A DNA stretch of 64,000 nt from positions 6,870 to 70,869 of the forward strand of contig VHCY01000001.1 of assembly GCA_016871595.1 (NCBI GenBank), read 5' to 3'. The first letter of the stretch is position 1. Every line of letters starts with the position of its first letter. The position numbers and the translations under genes were made by a program. Shown in pieces: positions 19,608 through 30,219 of the stretch. This DNA is from Verrucomicrobiota bacterium (GTDB lineage: Bacteria > Verrucomicrobiota > Verrucomicrobiia > Opitutales > Opitutaceae). Under the pieces are notes generated by a model, which was given only the letters and a program-made list of their open reading frames with translations, was not told the origin of the DNA and ran no database searches.

Positions 19608-21092
19608 ATGAACCGCATCGTGGCGATTGTCGGCCGGCCCAATGTCGGCAAGAGCCGGCTCTTCAACCGGCTGGCCGGTCGCCGCATCTCCATCGTCCAC
19701 GATCAGCCGGGGGTCACCCGCGACGTCATCTCGGCCGAGGTGGCCAATGGCGGGTACACGCTGCTCGACACGGGTGGCTTGGGGTACGAGGGCGAGGACA
19801 CCCCGGCGGCCCTCACCCGGGCCTCCGAGCGCCAGGTCGAGTTCGCCATCGCCACGGCTGGGCTGATCCTCTTCGTGGTCGATGGCCTCGCCGGGATCGC
19901 GGCCCTGGATGAGCGGATCGCGGCCAAGCTGCGCCGGTCCAAGCGCCAGGTCCGCCTGGTGGTCAACAAGGCGGATTTCGGGGATGAGAAGGTGGCCCTC
20001 GACGAGGCCTACCGGCTCGGCTTCGGCGAACCCCTGCGGATCTCCGCGGAACACGGGCGCGGCGAGACCGAGCTGCGGGAAGCGATCGCCGAGGCGATCG
20101 GCCCGGCCCCGGAGGCCGCCCCCGCCCGCACCGCGGCGGACCCCCTCTGCGTCTGCTTCATCGGCCGGCCGAACGTCGGCAAATCCTCCCTCAGCAACCG
20201 CCTGCTCCAGAGCGAGCGCCTGATCGTGAGCGACGTACCCGGCACCACCCGGGATTCGATCGAGTTGCCCTTCGAGTTCCTCGGCCGGGACGGCAAGCAG
20301 CATCCGTTCCGCCTGATCGACACGGCCGGCATCAAGGCCGCGACCAAGCTCGCGTCCCCGGTGGAGTACTTCTCCCGCCTCCGCTCGCTCGACGCGATCA
20401 AGCGCACGGACGTGGTCTTTCTGGTCCTCGATGCGCTCGAGGGAGTGACCCAGCAGGACAAGGCGATCGCCGGCGAGGCCGTGAAGGAGGGCAAGCCGAT
20501 CGTCATTGTCGTCAACAAGTGGGATCTGGTGAAGGACGCGTTCAAGGCCCAGGGCGGATTCGAACCTTACAAGAGCGAGCGCGATTACCGGGAAAAGTAT
20601 GAGAAGGCCCTGTTCGATCGCCTCTTCTTCACGCCCGGCTCCCCGGTGATCTTCGTGTCGGCGATGAGCGGGTACGAGGTGGACCGGATGCTCAATGCAG
20701 CGGTGAAGTTGAACCGGGCGCTGGATAAGCGGATTCCGACCGCGAAGCTGAACCAGCAGCTGACCTTCTTGGCCGAACGGAACCCGCCCGCCGCGATCGC
20801 CGGCCGCCGCTTCCGGATCTATTACGCCACGCAGACGGGCAACCGGCCGTTCCGGATCCGGCTCTTCTGCAACCGCGAGGAAAAGCTTTCCGAGCAGTAC
20901 CGCCGCTACCTCGAGGCGGGGTTGGTGGAGGAATTCGGCCTGCACGGCTGCCCGGTGTTCTTCGAGTTGGTCGGCAAGACCCGCGATGACGAGCGCGCCG
21001 CGGCCCACGCCGGTGGGTCCGGGGGCAGCCGCGATGGTCCGCCCCGTCCCCGCTGGGCCGCCGCGGAGGACCGCGCCATCGAGGAAGACTAG
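19608..21092 (+). CDS. der: Ribosome biogenesis GTPase Der (EngA)
   Basis: Two GRPNVGKS G1 motifs, PGVTRD/PGTTRD, DTGG/DTAG, NKAD/NKWD, C-terminal KH-like domain. Confidence 0.97.
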   Translation: MNRIVAIVGRPNVGKSRLFNRLAGRRISIVHDQPGVTRDVISAEVANGGYTLLDTGGLGYEGEDTPAALTRASERQVEFAIATAGLILFVVDGLAGIAALDERIAAKLRRSKRQVRLVVNKADFGDEKVALDEAYRLGFGEPLRISAEHGRGETELREAIAEAIGPAPEAAPARTAADPLCVCFIGRPNVGKSSLSNRLLQSERLIVSDVPGTTRDSIELPFEFLGRDGKQHPFRLIDTAGIKAATKLASPVEYFSRLRSLDAIKRTDVVFLVLDALEGVTQQDKAIAGEAVKEGKPIVIVVNKWDLVKDAFKAQGGFEPYKSERDYREKYEKALFDRLFFTPGSPVIFVSAMSGYEVDRMLNAAVKLNRALDKRIPTAKLNQQLTFLAERNPPAAIAGRRFRIYYATQTGNRPFRIRLFCNREEKLSEQYRRYLEAGLVEEFGLHGCPVFFELVGKTRDDERAAAHAGGSGGSRDGPPRPRWAAAEDRAIEED

Positions 21093-21101
21093 GCCCGGCA
21101 T

Positions 21102-21266
21102 AGCCGGACTCCTGCAGTTGATCAGGTCGCATCGAGGTGACCTGCCGGCACCTTTCAGTGGCTTTCTCCCGTCGCCATACCCTCCGGGTATGCCTCGGTC
21201 TTTCGCCGCTGAAATGTGCTCGCCATCTCACCCCGCTACTCCGCCTCCAACCGCAGGAGTCCGGCT
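21102..21266. repeat. 165-bp rod-like inverted-repeat element (ERIC-like MITE or structured ncRNA)
   Basis: Perfect 14-bp terminal inverted repeats AGCCGGACTCCTGC (21102-21115) and GCAGGAGTCCGGCT (21253-21266), nested helices, central hairpin CATACCC-TCC-GGGTATG (21176-21192). Confidence 0.75.
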
Positions 21267-22240
21267 CAGCGCCGCTGGCGCTGGCGGTACTCGTCGCCGC
21301 TCATCAGGGCCCGGCGCAAATCCCGCTCGGTGAGGCCCTTTTCCCGCATCTGGCGCTCGTAATTGGCCATTCCCGCGGGGTCGGGATCACGCCCGAGCAC
21401 CTCGCGGTAGGCGCGGGTGATGATCTCGCGGACGTTGCGCCCGCGCCCCTCTTGGCTGCGCCTGAGATCCTCCCGGATCTGCCCCTGCGTCCAGCCCTCT
21501 CGCCATTTGGCCCGGTAGTGGGCAAGGCCAGCCGGGTCCGCGTCGCGCCCCAGCACCTCCCGGTACAGCCGGCGGATGGCGGCTTCCGGCTGGATGGCCC
21601 GCGCTTCCGGGCTGCGCTGGAGCTGTTGGATGACCTCCTGCTGGCTCCAGCCCTCCTGCATCAACCGATCCCGGTACGTGCGGAGGCCGGTCGGATCAGC
21701 AGGGCGATCCAATACTTCACGGTAGGCGTGTTCCACCATCCGCTCGGCGGTCCGGCGGTCGATCCGCGGCCGCGGCGGCTCCACGATCACGACCCGGGGC
21801 GGCGGGGGAGGGGCCGGGACCACCACCACCGTCCCGGGGCCCCGGTCCGGGTAGGTGGGGGCCGGGGGGGCGTAGGTAGGTCCGCGCACCTCAATCGCGG
21901 CGATGGCCCGATCCCAAGTCTGTCCGCCCATCGGCTGGGCATAGAGGTCCGGGATGCTGGCCGCGATTTCCAGCCGCTCGCCGCGGAAACGGGGCGCGCT
22001 GGCCACGGTGGCCTGGGCCGCGCCTTCGATCCGGACCGAGGAAATGGATCCGCGCCAAGGTTGCTGGTTGGCGCGCCGCAGTGTGGCCAGATCCTCGACG
22101 CGGGCCCCCGCCTCCACCCGCAGGGACTCCCCTTGGAAATTCGGCTCCGTGAAGAAGACGACCGCATCCGCGGCCTCCGCCCGCGCGAGCAGGGCGAGCA
22201 GCAGGCATGAAAGCTGCCAAAAGATGGGACGGCGCGGCAT
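21266..22240 (-). CDS. Secreted protein: beta/gamma-crystallin-like domain plus three DUF4214-like repeats
   Basis: Signal peptide; FFTEPNFQGESL...ISSVRI crystallin-like motif; Pro-rich linker; three YREVL(D/G)R..DP.G...Y repeats. Confidence 0.75.
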   Translation of the reverse strand: MPRRPIFWQLSCLLLALLARAEAADAVVFFTEPNFQGESLRVEAGARVEDLATLRRANQQPWRGSISSVRIEGAAQATVASAPRFRGERLEIAASIPDLYAQPMGGQTWDRAIAAIEVRGPTYAPPAPTYPDRGPGTVVVVPAPPPPPRVVIVEPPRPRIDRRTAERMVEHAYREVLDRPADPTGLRTYRDRLMQEGWSQQEVIQQLQRSPEARAIQPEAAIRRLYREVLGRDADPAGLAHYRAKWREGWTQGQIREDLRRSQEGRGRNVREIITRAYREVLGRDPDPAGMANYERQMREKGLTERDLRRALMSGDEYRQRQRR

Positions 22241-22243
22241 CGG

Positions 22244-23068
22244 CTAGCGGGCGAAGAAGGGGTTGTGGACTTTCTCCTGATCGAGGGTCGTCAGCGGTCC
22301 GTGCCCGCAGGCGAGCACGGTGTCACGGGGCAGGGACAGGATCTTCCGGCGATTGTTGCGCAGCTGGTCCTTAAAATGGGTGGCGCTGCCGCCCATCGAG
22401 CTCGCGAAGATCGAGTCGCCGACCACGGCCAGCGGCCAACTGAGGCCCGTGACGTAAAAGGTGGTCTGGCCGGGCGAATGTCCGGTGGTGAGCAGGGTCT
22501 TCACCGCAAGGGCACCAACGTGGAAGTGGGCGTTCTCCGGGAACGCGCGCGCGCCCGGATGCGCCACTGGCTCCAGTTCACTGCTCCAGACTTCCGCCCG
22601 GGTAGCCTCCGCCAACCGCGGCAGATCCGCGATGTGGTCGGGATGCGTATGGGTCAGGAAAACATAACGCAGGCGCAGTTCCTCGGCCGCGATGATGTCC
22701 AGCATCGCGGTGCAGTCCGCCCCCGTATCGAACGCCGCCGCGACCCGGGCCCGCGGGTCCCAGATCAGGTAACTGTTCACCAGCATCTCGCCGTGCCGGG
22801 TGCTGAAGGCCGCGAACCCGGTCGGGAAGTCCGGGATCCGCGGGTACCAGCGCTGGTGCGCCAGCGCCTCCAAGGCATCCGGGGAAAGGCCGAGGTGGCG
22901 CGCCACCCGCCGCAGGACGGCGTCCTTGGCCTGGCCGGACTGGAGCGCCTGGAGATCCTCGAGGCTGACCTCGGCCCGGCGGGCCAGATCGGCGTCGCTG
23001 ATACCGAGGCCACGCTGGGCCTTGGCGATCACGTCCTGACAATTGTCCTCGAGGGGCAGATGCGGCAT
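22244..23068 (-). CDS. MBL-fold metallo-hydrolase with N-terminal XRE-type HTH
   Basis: THTHPDH (HxHxDH), TGHSPG, GDSIF, GHGP; N-terminal [16 protein letters not shown]-like segment. Confidence 0.85.
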   Translation of the reverse strand: MPHLPLEDNCQDVIAKAQRGLGISDADLARRAEVSLEDLQALQSGQAKDAVLRRVARHLGLSPDALEALAHQRWYPRIPDFPTGFAAFSTRHGEMLVNSYLIWDPRARVAAAFDTGADCTAMLDIIAAEELRLRYVFLTHTHPDHIADLPRLAEATRAEVWSSELEPVAHPGARAFPENAHFHVGALAVKTLLTTGHSPGQTTFYVTGLSWPLAVVGDSIFASSMGGSATHFKDQLRNNRRKILSLPRDTVLACGHGPLTTLDQEKVHNPFFAR

Positions 23069-23174
23069 CACCTCGCTGATACGGCGGTGGGCGGTGACCG
23101 GCAAGCCGGATGCGCCCCGGGTTTGCCGTTGCCACGGCCGGGGTGGGGTCTTTGCCTGCGCGCCTCACCCACTT

Positions 23175-23966
23175 ATGACCACCTCCGCGGAATACCTGTC
23201 CTCTCTGTACGCGCTCACCGGCAAGGTGGCCGTCGTCATCGGCGGCACCGGCGAATTGTGCGGGGCGATGGCTGAGGGCCTCGCCGGGGCCGGCGCTGAG
23301 GTCGTTCTAGTCGGGCGGCAGGCGGAGAAGGCCGCGCCCCGCCTCGAACGCATCCACGCCGCTGGAGGGCGCGGATATTTCCTCGCGGCGGAGGCGTCGG
23401 AGAAGGCCTCCCTGAAGGCCCTGCTCGCGACCGTGCGCGAGCGGTCCGGGGGCATCGATATCGTGGTCAACGGGGCCGGGGTGAACTCGGCGACGCCCTT
23501 CCTCGACATCTCCGAGGACGAGTTTGACCGCATTATGCGGGTGAACCTGAAGGGGGTGTTTTTGGGCTGCCAGGTGTTCGGCCGCTACCTAGTCGAGCGC
23601 GGGCAGGGGGGCTGCATCATTAACCTCGGCTCGATGAGCGCCGTCGTTCCGCTCTCCCGGGTGTTTACTTATTCCGCGTCCAAGGCGGCCGTGCACAACC
23701 TCTCGAAGAACCTCGCCCGCGAGTGGGCGCCGCAGCGAATCCGCGTCAACACGCTGGTGCCCGGCTTCTTCCCGGCCGAGCAGAACCGCAAGATCCTCTC
23801 GCCGGACCGCGTGGCCAGCATCCTCGGCCACACCCCGATGAAGCGCTTCGGCGAGGCCCGCGAGCTCATCGGCGCCACCCTGCTGCTCGCCAGCGACCGG
23901 GCCGGCGGTTTCATCACCGGGTCGGAACTCATCGTGGATGGCGGTTATCACGCGATGACCATCTGA
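23175..23966 (+). CDS. SDR-family oxidoreductase
   Basis: [18 protein letters not shown] (YxxxK), [21 protein letters not shown]. Confidence 0.92.
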   Translation: MTTSAEYLSSLYALTGKVAVVIGGTGELCGAMAEGLAGAGAEVVLVGRQAEKAAPRLERIHAAGGRGYFLAAEASEKASLKALLATVRERSGGIDIVVNGAGVNSATPFLDISEDEFDRIMRVNLKGVFLGCQVFGRYLVERGQGGCIINLGSMSAVVPLSRVFTYSASKAAVHNLSKNLAREWAPQRIRVNTLVPGFFPAEQNRKILSPDRVASILGHTPMKRFGEARELIGATLLLASDRAGGFITGSELIVDGGYHAMTI

Positions 23967-24035
23967 GCCTATAGCATTCTTTCGGGTTAAAATAGAACTT
24001 GATAGAAGCGGCCTCAAGGGGGAGAGTCCCAACGT

Positions 24036-24416
24036 ATGCTATTCAAAAAGCTCAAGGAACTGAAGGCCGCGCGGGATCGTCTCGACAGCCTCGAGAAAAC
24101 GATGGAAGCCGAGTTGGCGGCGCTGCCCGCCCAGTTCGGCTTCGATTCCGCGCAGGCGTTCGCGAACGCGGTGGTGAAGGCCTCCGCCAGCGGCGCCCGT
24201 CCGGCGCGCAAAGGCGGCCGGCCGAAGGCCGCGGCGAAGCCGAAACGCAAGCGCAAGCGGAGCGTGGTAACCGAGGAACTGCGCACCCAGGTCAAGCAAC
24301 TCGCCGAGGCCGGCCAGACCGGCGCCAAGATCAAGGCCGCCACCGGCCTCTCCTTGCCGACGATCCAGAACATCAAAAAGGCGTTCGGGCTGGTGAAGGC
24401 CCGGGCCGCTTCCTGA
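24036..24416 (+). CDS. Small basic putative DNA-binding protein (coiled coil, K/R/A linker, C-terminal HTH)
   Basis: Amphipathic N-terminal helix, PARKGGRPKAAAKPKRKRKR linker, GQTGAKIKAATGLSLPTIQNIKK HTH-like; SD GGAG upstream, terminator downstream. Confidence 0.7.
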   Translation: MLFKKLKELKAARDRLDSLEKTMEAELAALPAQFGFDSAQAFANAVVKASASGARPARKGGRPKAAAKPKRKRKRSVVTEELRTQVKQLAEAGQTGAKIKAATGLSLPTIQNIKKAFGLVKARAAS

Positions 24417-24436
24417 GCACCACCCCGTGGTGACCC

Positions 24437-24461
24437 GCCCCCGCCCGCGCGGGGGCTTTTT
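24437..24461 (+). terminator. Rho-independent terminator
   Basis: GCCCCCGC-CCGC-GCGGGGGC followed by TTTTT. Confidence 0.85.
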
Positions 24462-24528
24462 AATTTAAGCGGATCGAAGGCCAGGCGACCTTTGCCTGTT
24501 CCCGCGCCTATAGGGACTCCTGTGAAGG

Positions 24529-25431
24529 ATGGCACTTTCCTATATTCAAGCCAATAGCAACGGTCGCCTGCACCCCGCCGACGAGCCCGCGGTCCCGCCC
24601 CTGAACCGGGGCTACCTCTATGGCGACGCGGTCTACGAGGTCTGGCGAACCCACGCGGGAGTGCTGTTCGCGTTCGCGGAGCATTGGGCCCGGCTGGAGC
24701 GCTCCGCCTCCGCCCTGCACCTGGCGTTGCCGCTGACGCCCGCGTCGTGCCGGGAGGAAATCGCCCGCACCGCGGCCGCCTTCCGCACCCGTACGGGCGA
24801 GTCGGGTGAACTCTATGTTCGTCTGCAGGTCACGCGCGGGGCCGGGCCCATCGGGCTGGACCCAGGGCTCGCGGACCGCCCGGACTGGACGCTGCTGGTG
24901 CAACGCGCCCCGGCGCCCGTTTCCCGGGCCCTGCGGCTGGCGATTCCCCTCGGGCTGCGGCGCAACCCCGCCGACTGCCTGAACCCCGCGTGGAAGACCG
25001 GCAATTACCTGAATAACCTGCTTGGAGTGGGGGAGGCCCGCCGCCGCGGCGCCGCCGACGCGCTCTTCCTGAATCAGGCCGGCCATCTGACCGAGGTCTC
25101 CGCGGCCTCCCTAGTCGTCGTCGAAGGCACCCGGCTGGTCACCCCGCGCCTGGAGGATGGCCTGCTCGCCGGAATCACCCGCGCGCTTCTGCTGACGCAG
25201 GTGGCCCCGGCCGTGGGCCTGGCCGTCGAGGAGCGATCCATCCTTCCGAGCGAGCTGGATCGCTTCTCCGAGGCAATGGTGCTTTCGACCACCAAGGATG
25301 TCGCACCCGTGGCGTCGATTGACGGCCACGAATGGCCGGAGGCTCCCGGTCCCGTCACGCGCCGGTTGATCGCCGGCTGGCAGGAGTGGGTGGGAGGGTA
25401 TGCGCGGCAAAACCCCGGACTCCGGGTGTGA
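24529..25431 (+). CDS. Aminotransferase class IV (IlvE/PabC/D-amino acid aminotransferase family)
   Basis: NRGYLYGDAVYE, HWARLERSA, KTGNYL, LAGITR, STTKDVAPV. Confidence 0.9.
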   Translation: MALSYIQANSNGRLHPADEPAVPPLNRGYLYGDAVYEVWRTHAGVLFAFAEHWARLERSASALHLALPLTPASCREEIARTAAAFRTRTGESGELYVRLQVTRGAGPIGLDPGLADRPDWTLLVQRAPAPVSRALRLAIPLGLRRNPADCLNPAWKTGNYLNNLLGVGEARRRGAADALFLNQAGHLTEVSAASLVVVEGTRLVTPRLEDGLLAGITRALLLTQVAPAVGLAVEERSILPSELDRFSEAMVLSTTKDVAPVASIDGHEWPEAPGPVTRRLIAGWQEWVGGYARQNPGLRV

Positions 25432-25463
25432 AGCCAGCCAGGTCCGGGGGGCGCGGCCGCGGC

Positions 25464-27701
<2,238 letters not shown>

Positions 27702-27850
27702 TTAAAAAGGGCGAGAGGAACCGAAGGGCCCGGGCGGGTCAAAAGCAAATGCGGGACCGGGGCCGCGGCGGGCCGGCGTTGGCCCGGGAATCGGGGTCAC
27801 GGAAAGATTTGATTGCGTTCAGTCTGCGCCAGGCTTTGCCTCAAATCCTT

Positions 27851-27892
27851 TTCCATTACGCCTGCCCCCGATGGTCGGGGCGACAGGTGGAA
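27851..27892 (+). promoter_or_regulatory. Candidate structured leader of rplY
   Basis: Nested pairing TTCCA/TGGAA, CCTG/CAGG, CCCCGA/TCGGGG ending 7 nt before ATG 27900. Confidence 0.45.
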
Positions 27893-27899
27893 CGAAACT

Positions 27900-28688
27900 A
27901 TGAGCCAAAAGTTCAAACTCAACGTCGCCGCTCGCGCCCAAACCGGCCGCAGCGCCTCCCGTCGTCTCCGCAAGGCCCAGCGGGTCCCTGCCGTCCTGTA
28001 CGGAAAGCACACCAAGCCCGAGTCGCTCTCGATTGACGCCCCCGAGTTCGTGCGCCTGCTGAAGGCCGTCGGCGGTCGCGCCGTTCTGCTCGATCTCCAG
28101 CGCGGCGACCAGTCGGCGCCGGTCATTTCCTTCCTGCAGGAGGTCCAGCGGGATCCGATTACCGACAAGTACCTGCATATCGACCTGCAGGAGGTGAAGG
28201 CGGACGAGAAGTTCGAGATTCGCGTCCCGGTTCGTTTGAGCGGCGAGTCCTTCGGCGTGAAGAACCAGAGCGGCGTGTTGGAAATGGCGACCCCCGCCCT
28301 CCGCATCCGCGTGCTCCCCAAGGATCTGCCCGAGGCGATCGTCGTCGACGTCACAGAGCTCAAGGTCGGCGAGACGATCAAAGTTGGCAGCCTGAAGGCG
28401 CTCCCCGGCGTGGATTTCCTCGATTCCAAGGGTCAGCCCGTGGTCGCCTGCGTGGAGCCGGTCGCCGAGGTGGTGCAGGCCGTGGCTGCCGCGGCCGCTC
28501 CGGCCGAGGGTGCCGCCGCCGCGCCCGCCGAGGGTGCCGCCGCTGCCGCTGCGCCTGCCGCGGCTGGCGACGCGAAGGCTGCCGCTCCCGCCGCCGCTGG
28601 TGCGAAGGCTGCCGCTCCCGCCGCCGCTGCGAAGGCTGCCGCTCCCGCCGCGGGGGCCAAGCCGGCCGCCGCCCCGGCCAAGAAGTAA
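27900..28688 (+). CDS. rplY: 50S ribosomal protein L25/CTC with Ala/Lys-rich tail
   Basis: GRSASRRLRK..VPAVLYG, EVQRDP..HIDL, PKDLPEAIVVDVTEL. Confidence 0.95.
   Translation: MSQKFKLNVAARAQTGRSASRRLRKAQRVPAVLYGKHTKPESLSIDAPEFVRLLKAVGGRAVLLDLQRGDQSAPVISFLQEVQRDPITDKYLHIDLQEVKADEKFEIRVPVRLSGESFGVKNQSGVLEMATPALRIRVLPKDLPEAIVVDVTELKVGETIKVGSLKALPGVDFLDSKGQPVVACVEPVAEVVQAVAAAAAPAEGAAAAPAEGAAAAAAPAAAGDAKAAAPAAAGAKAAAPAAAAKAAAPAAGAKPAAAPAKK
28572..28651 (+). repeat. Intragenic tandem repeat in rplY tail
   Basis: Three copies of GCGAAGGCTGCCGCTCCCGCCGC starting at 28572, 28602 and 28629, encoding AKAAAPAA(AG). Confidence 0.85.
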
Positions 28689-28753
28689 TCCTCCCGCAGG
28701 TTCGCGGCCGTCCCCACCAAGGGCCGGCCGCTCGGTTCGAAGTTCTTTGAGTT

Positions 28754-29338
28754 ATGTTCCACTCGCTCGTCGTCGGCCTGGGTAATCCGGGCCGCGAATA
28801 CCGCGATACCCGGCACAACGTGGGCTGGCAGGTGCTCGATGCCCTTGCCGCCCGGGAATGTCTGGAGTGGCGCCCCGCGCCGCAGTTTCGCGCGGAGGTC
28901 GCGCGCTGGGACCGTCCTGGCGCCCCGGCTTGCTGGCTGGTCAAACCGCAGACGTTTATGAACGCCAGCGGCGAGTCCATCGGTCCCTTGGCCCGCTACC
29001 ACCGGATTCCCGCCGCGGCAATCGTGGCCGTCTACGACGATCTCACCCTCGACCTCGGCCTCATCAAGGTTTCGGTCGGTGGCGGCTCCGCCGGACACAA
29101 TGGAGTTGCCAGCCTCGTCCAGCACTTGGATGGCCCTTTTGTCCGCTACCGGCTGGGCATCGGCCCCCGCGAGCCCGCGGCGATGGAACTGACTGACTTC
29201 GTCCTCGGAACCTTCACTCCCGACCAATCCATCCTCGTTTCCCAGCGCCTGCCGCATTTCCTCCAAGGCCTCGACCTCCTGCTTACCCGGGGCGCCGACG
29301 CCGCTATGAACCAACTCAACCGCCGAGATCCCAAATGA
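28754..29338 (+). CDS. pth: Peptidyl-tRNA hydrolase
   Basis: VGLGNPGREYRDTRHNVG, KPQTFMNASG, GHNGV, RLGIG. Confidence 0.97.
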   Translation: MFHSLVVGLGNPGREYRDTRHNVGWQVLDALAARECLEWRPAPQFRAEVARWDRPGAPACWLVKPQTFMNASGESIGPLARYHRIPAAAIVAVYDDLTLDLGLIKVSVGGGSAGHNGVASLVQHLDGPFVRYRLGIGPREPAAMELTDFVLGTFTPDQSILVSQRLPHFLQGLDLLLTRGADAAMNQLNRRDPK

Positions 29339-29631
29339 ACCCGTCCCACCGCAGCTACCACGCTTCCTTCATCCTCGATAACCGGGGCAGGGAGGAGACC
29401 GTCGACCAGATCGTCGAGGGCATCAAGAAGGTCATCACCGAGGTCAAGGGTGAGGTCGCCACCGTCGAGAACATCGGACGCAAGGACTTTGTCCGCGTGA
29501 CCGACCGCAAGTTCACGGGCGCCCACTACGTGCACATCGACTTCTCCGGCCCCGCCGAGGCGCCGGCCGCGCTGCGCGAGAAGCTGCGCCTTAACGGCAG
29601 CGTCTACCGCACGTTCATCCAGAACGCCTGA
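29335..29631 (+). CDS. rpsF: 30S ribosomal protein S6
   Basis: 98 aa, Y..FIL start, ENIGRK, LRLNGSVYR; position before ssb. Confidence 0.88.
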   Translation: MNPSHRSYHASFILDNRGREETVDQIVEGIKKVITEVKGEVATVENIGRKDFVRVTDRKFTGAHYVHIDFSGPAEAPAALREKLRLNGSVYRTFIQNA

Positions 29632-29647
29632 GGCGCCTCTTGCCACC

Positions 29648-30115
29648 ATGCCCGCGCTCAACAAAGTCCTGCTGATGGGGAACCTGACCCGCGACCCCGA
29701 GTTGCGCGTCACCCCCAAAGGCACCCCGATCTGCCAGTTCGCCCTCGCGATCAATCGGCAATTCAAGATGGAGTCCGGGGAGAGCCGCGAGGAGGTGATC
29801 TACGTCGACGTCGAGGCCTGGGGTAAGCAGGGCGAGACCATCGCCAAGTACTGCACCAAGGGCCGTCCCCTGTACGTCGAAGGCCGCCTCAAGCTCGACC
29901 AGTGGGAGGACAAGAACACCAAGGAAAAGCGCAGCCGGATGAAGGTTGTGCTGGAGCAGTTCCAATTCCTGGGTGATGGCCGGGGCGGCGGCGCCCCCGC
30001 CGGCGCCGGCGATGGCCCGGCGGCCGCCTCTCCCGAACGCTTTTCCCCGCCCCCGCGGGCTTCTTCCCCGAAGCCGGCGACGACGGAGAACCTCGACGAG
30101 GACGTTCCCTTCTGA
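29648..30115 (+). CDS. ssb: Single-stranded DNA-binding protein
   Basis: NKVLLMGNLTRDPELR, KGRPLYVEGRL, acidic C-terminus DEDVPF. Confidence 0.97.
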   Translation: MPALNKVLLMGNLTRDPELRVTPKGTPICQFALAINRQFKMESGESREEVIYVDVEAWGKQGETIAKYCTKGRPLYVEGRLKLDQWEDKNTKEKRSRMKVVLEQFQFLGDGRGGGAPAGAGDGPAAASPERFSPPPRASSPKPATTENLDEDVPF

Positions 30116-30219
30116 ACGGCCTCTTTTCCCCCGCATCGGTGCGGACCCGCTCCCGGGTCCGTCGGCGGTGAACCCCGCCACGAAACCAAATCCAGTCCCA
30201 ACCTCATCCCAACACGCAT

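Noticed and set aside
21102-21266. Lysine riboswitch or SRP RNA
   Set aside because: It lies between two gene 3' ends and folds as an unbranched rod, unlike a riboswitch leader. It lacks the SRP helix-8 GNRA loop with CAGG/AGCAG.
24018-24033. GGGGGA-GAG-TCCCAAC as a third copy of the enhancer-like dyad
   Set aside because: The right arm is one base short and the left arm is explained by the Shine-Dalgarno sequence of the 24036 gene.
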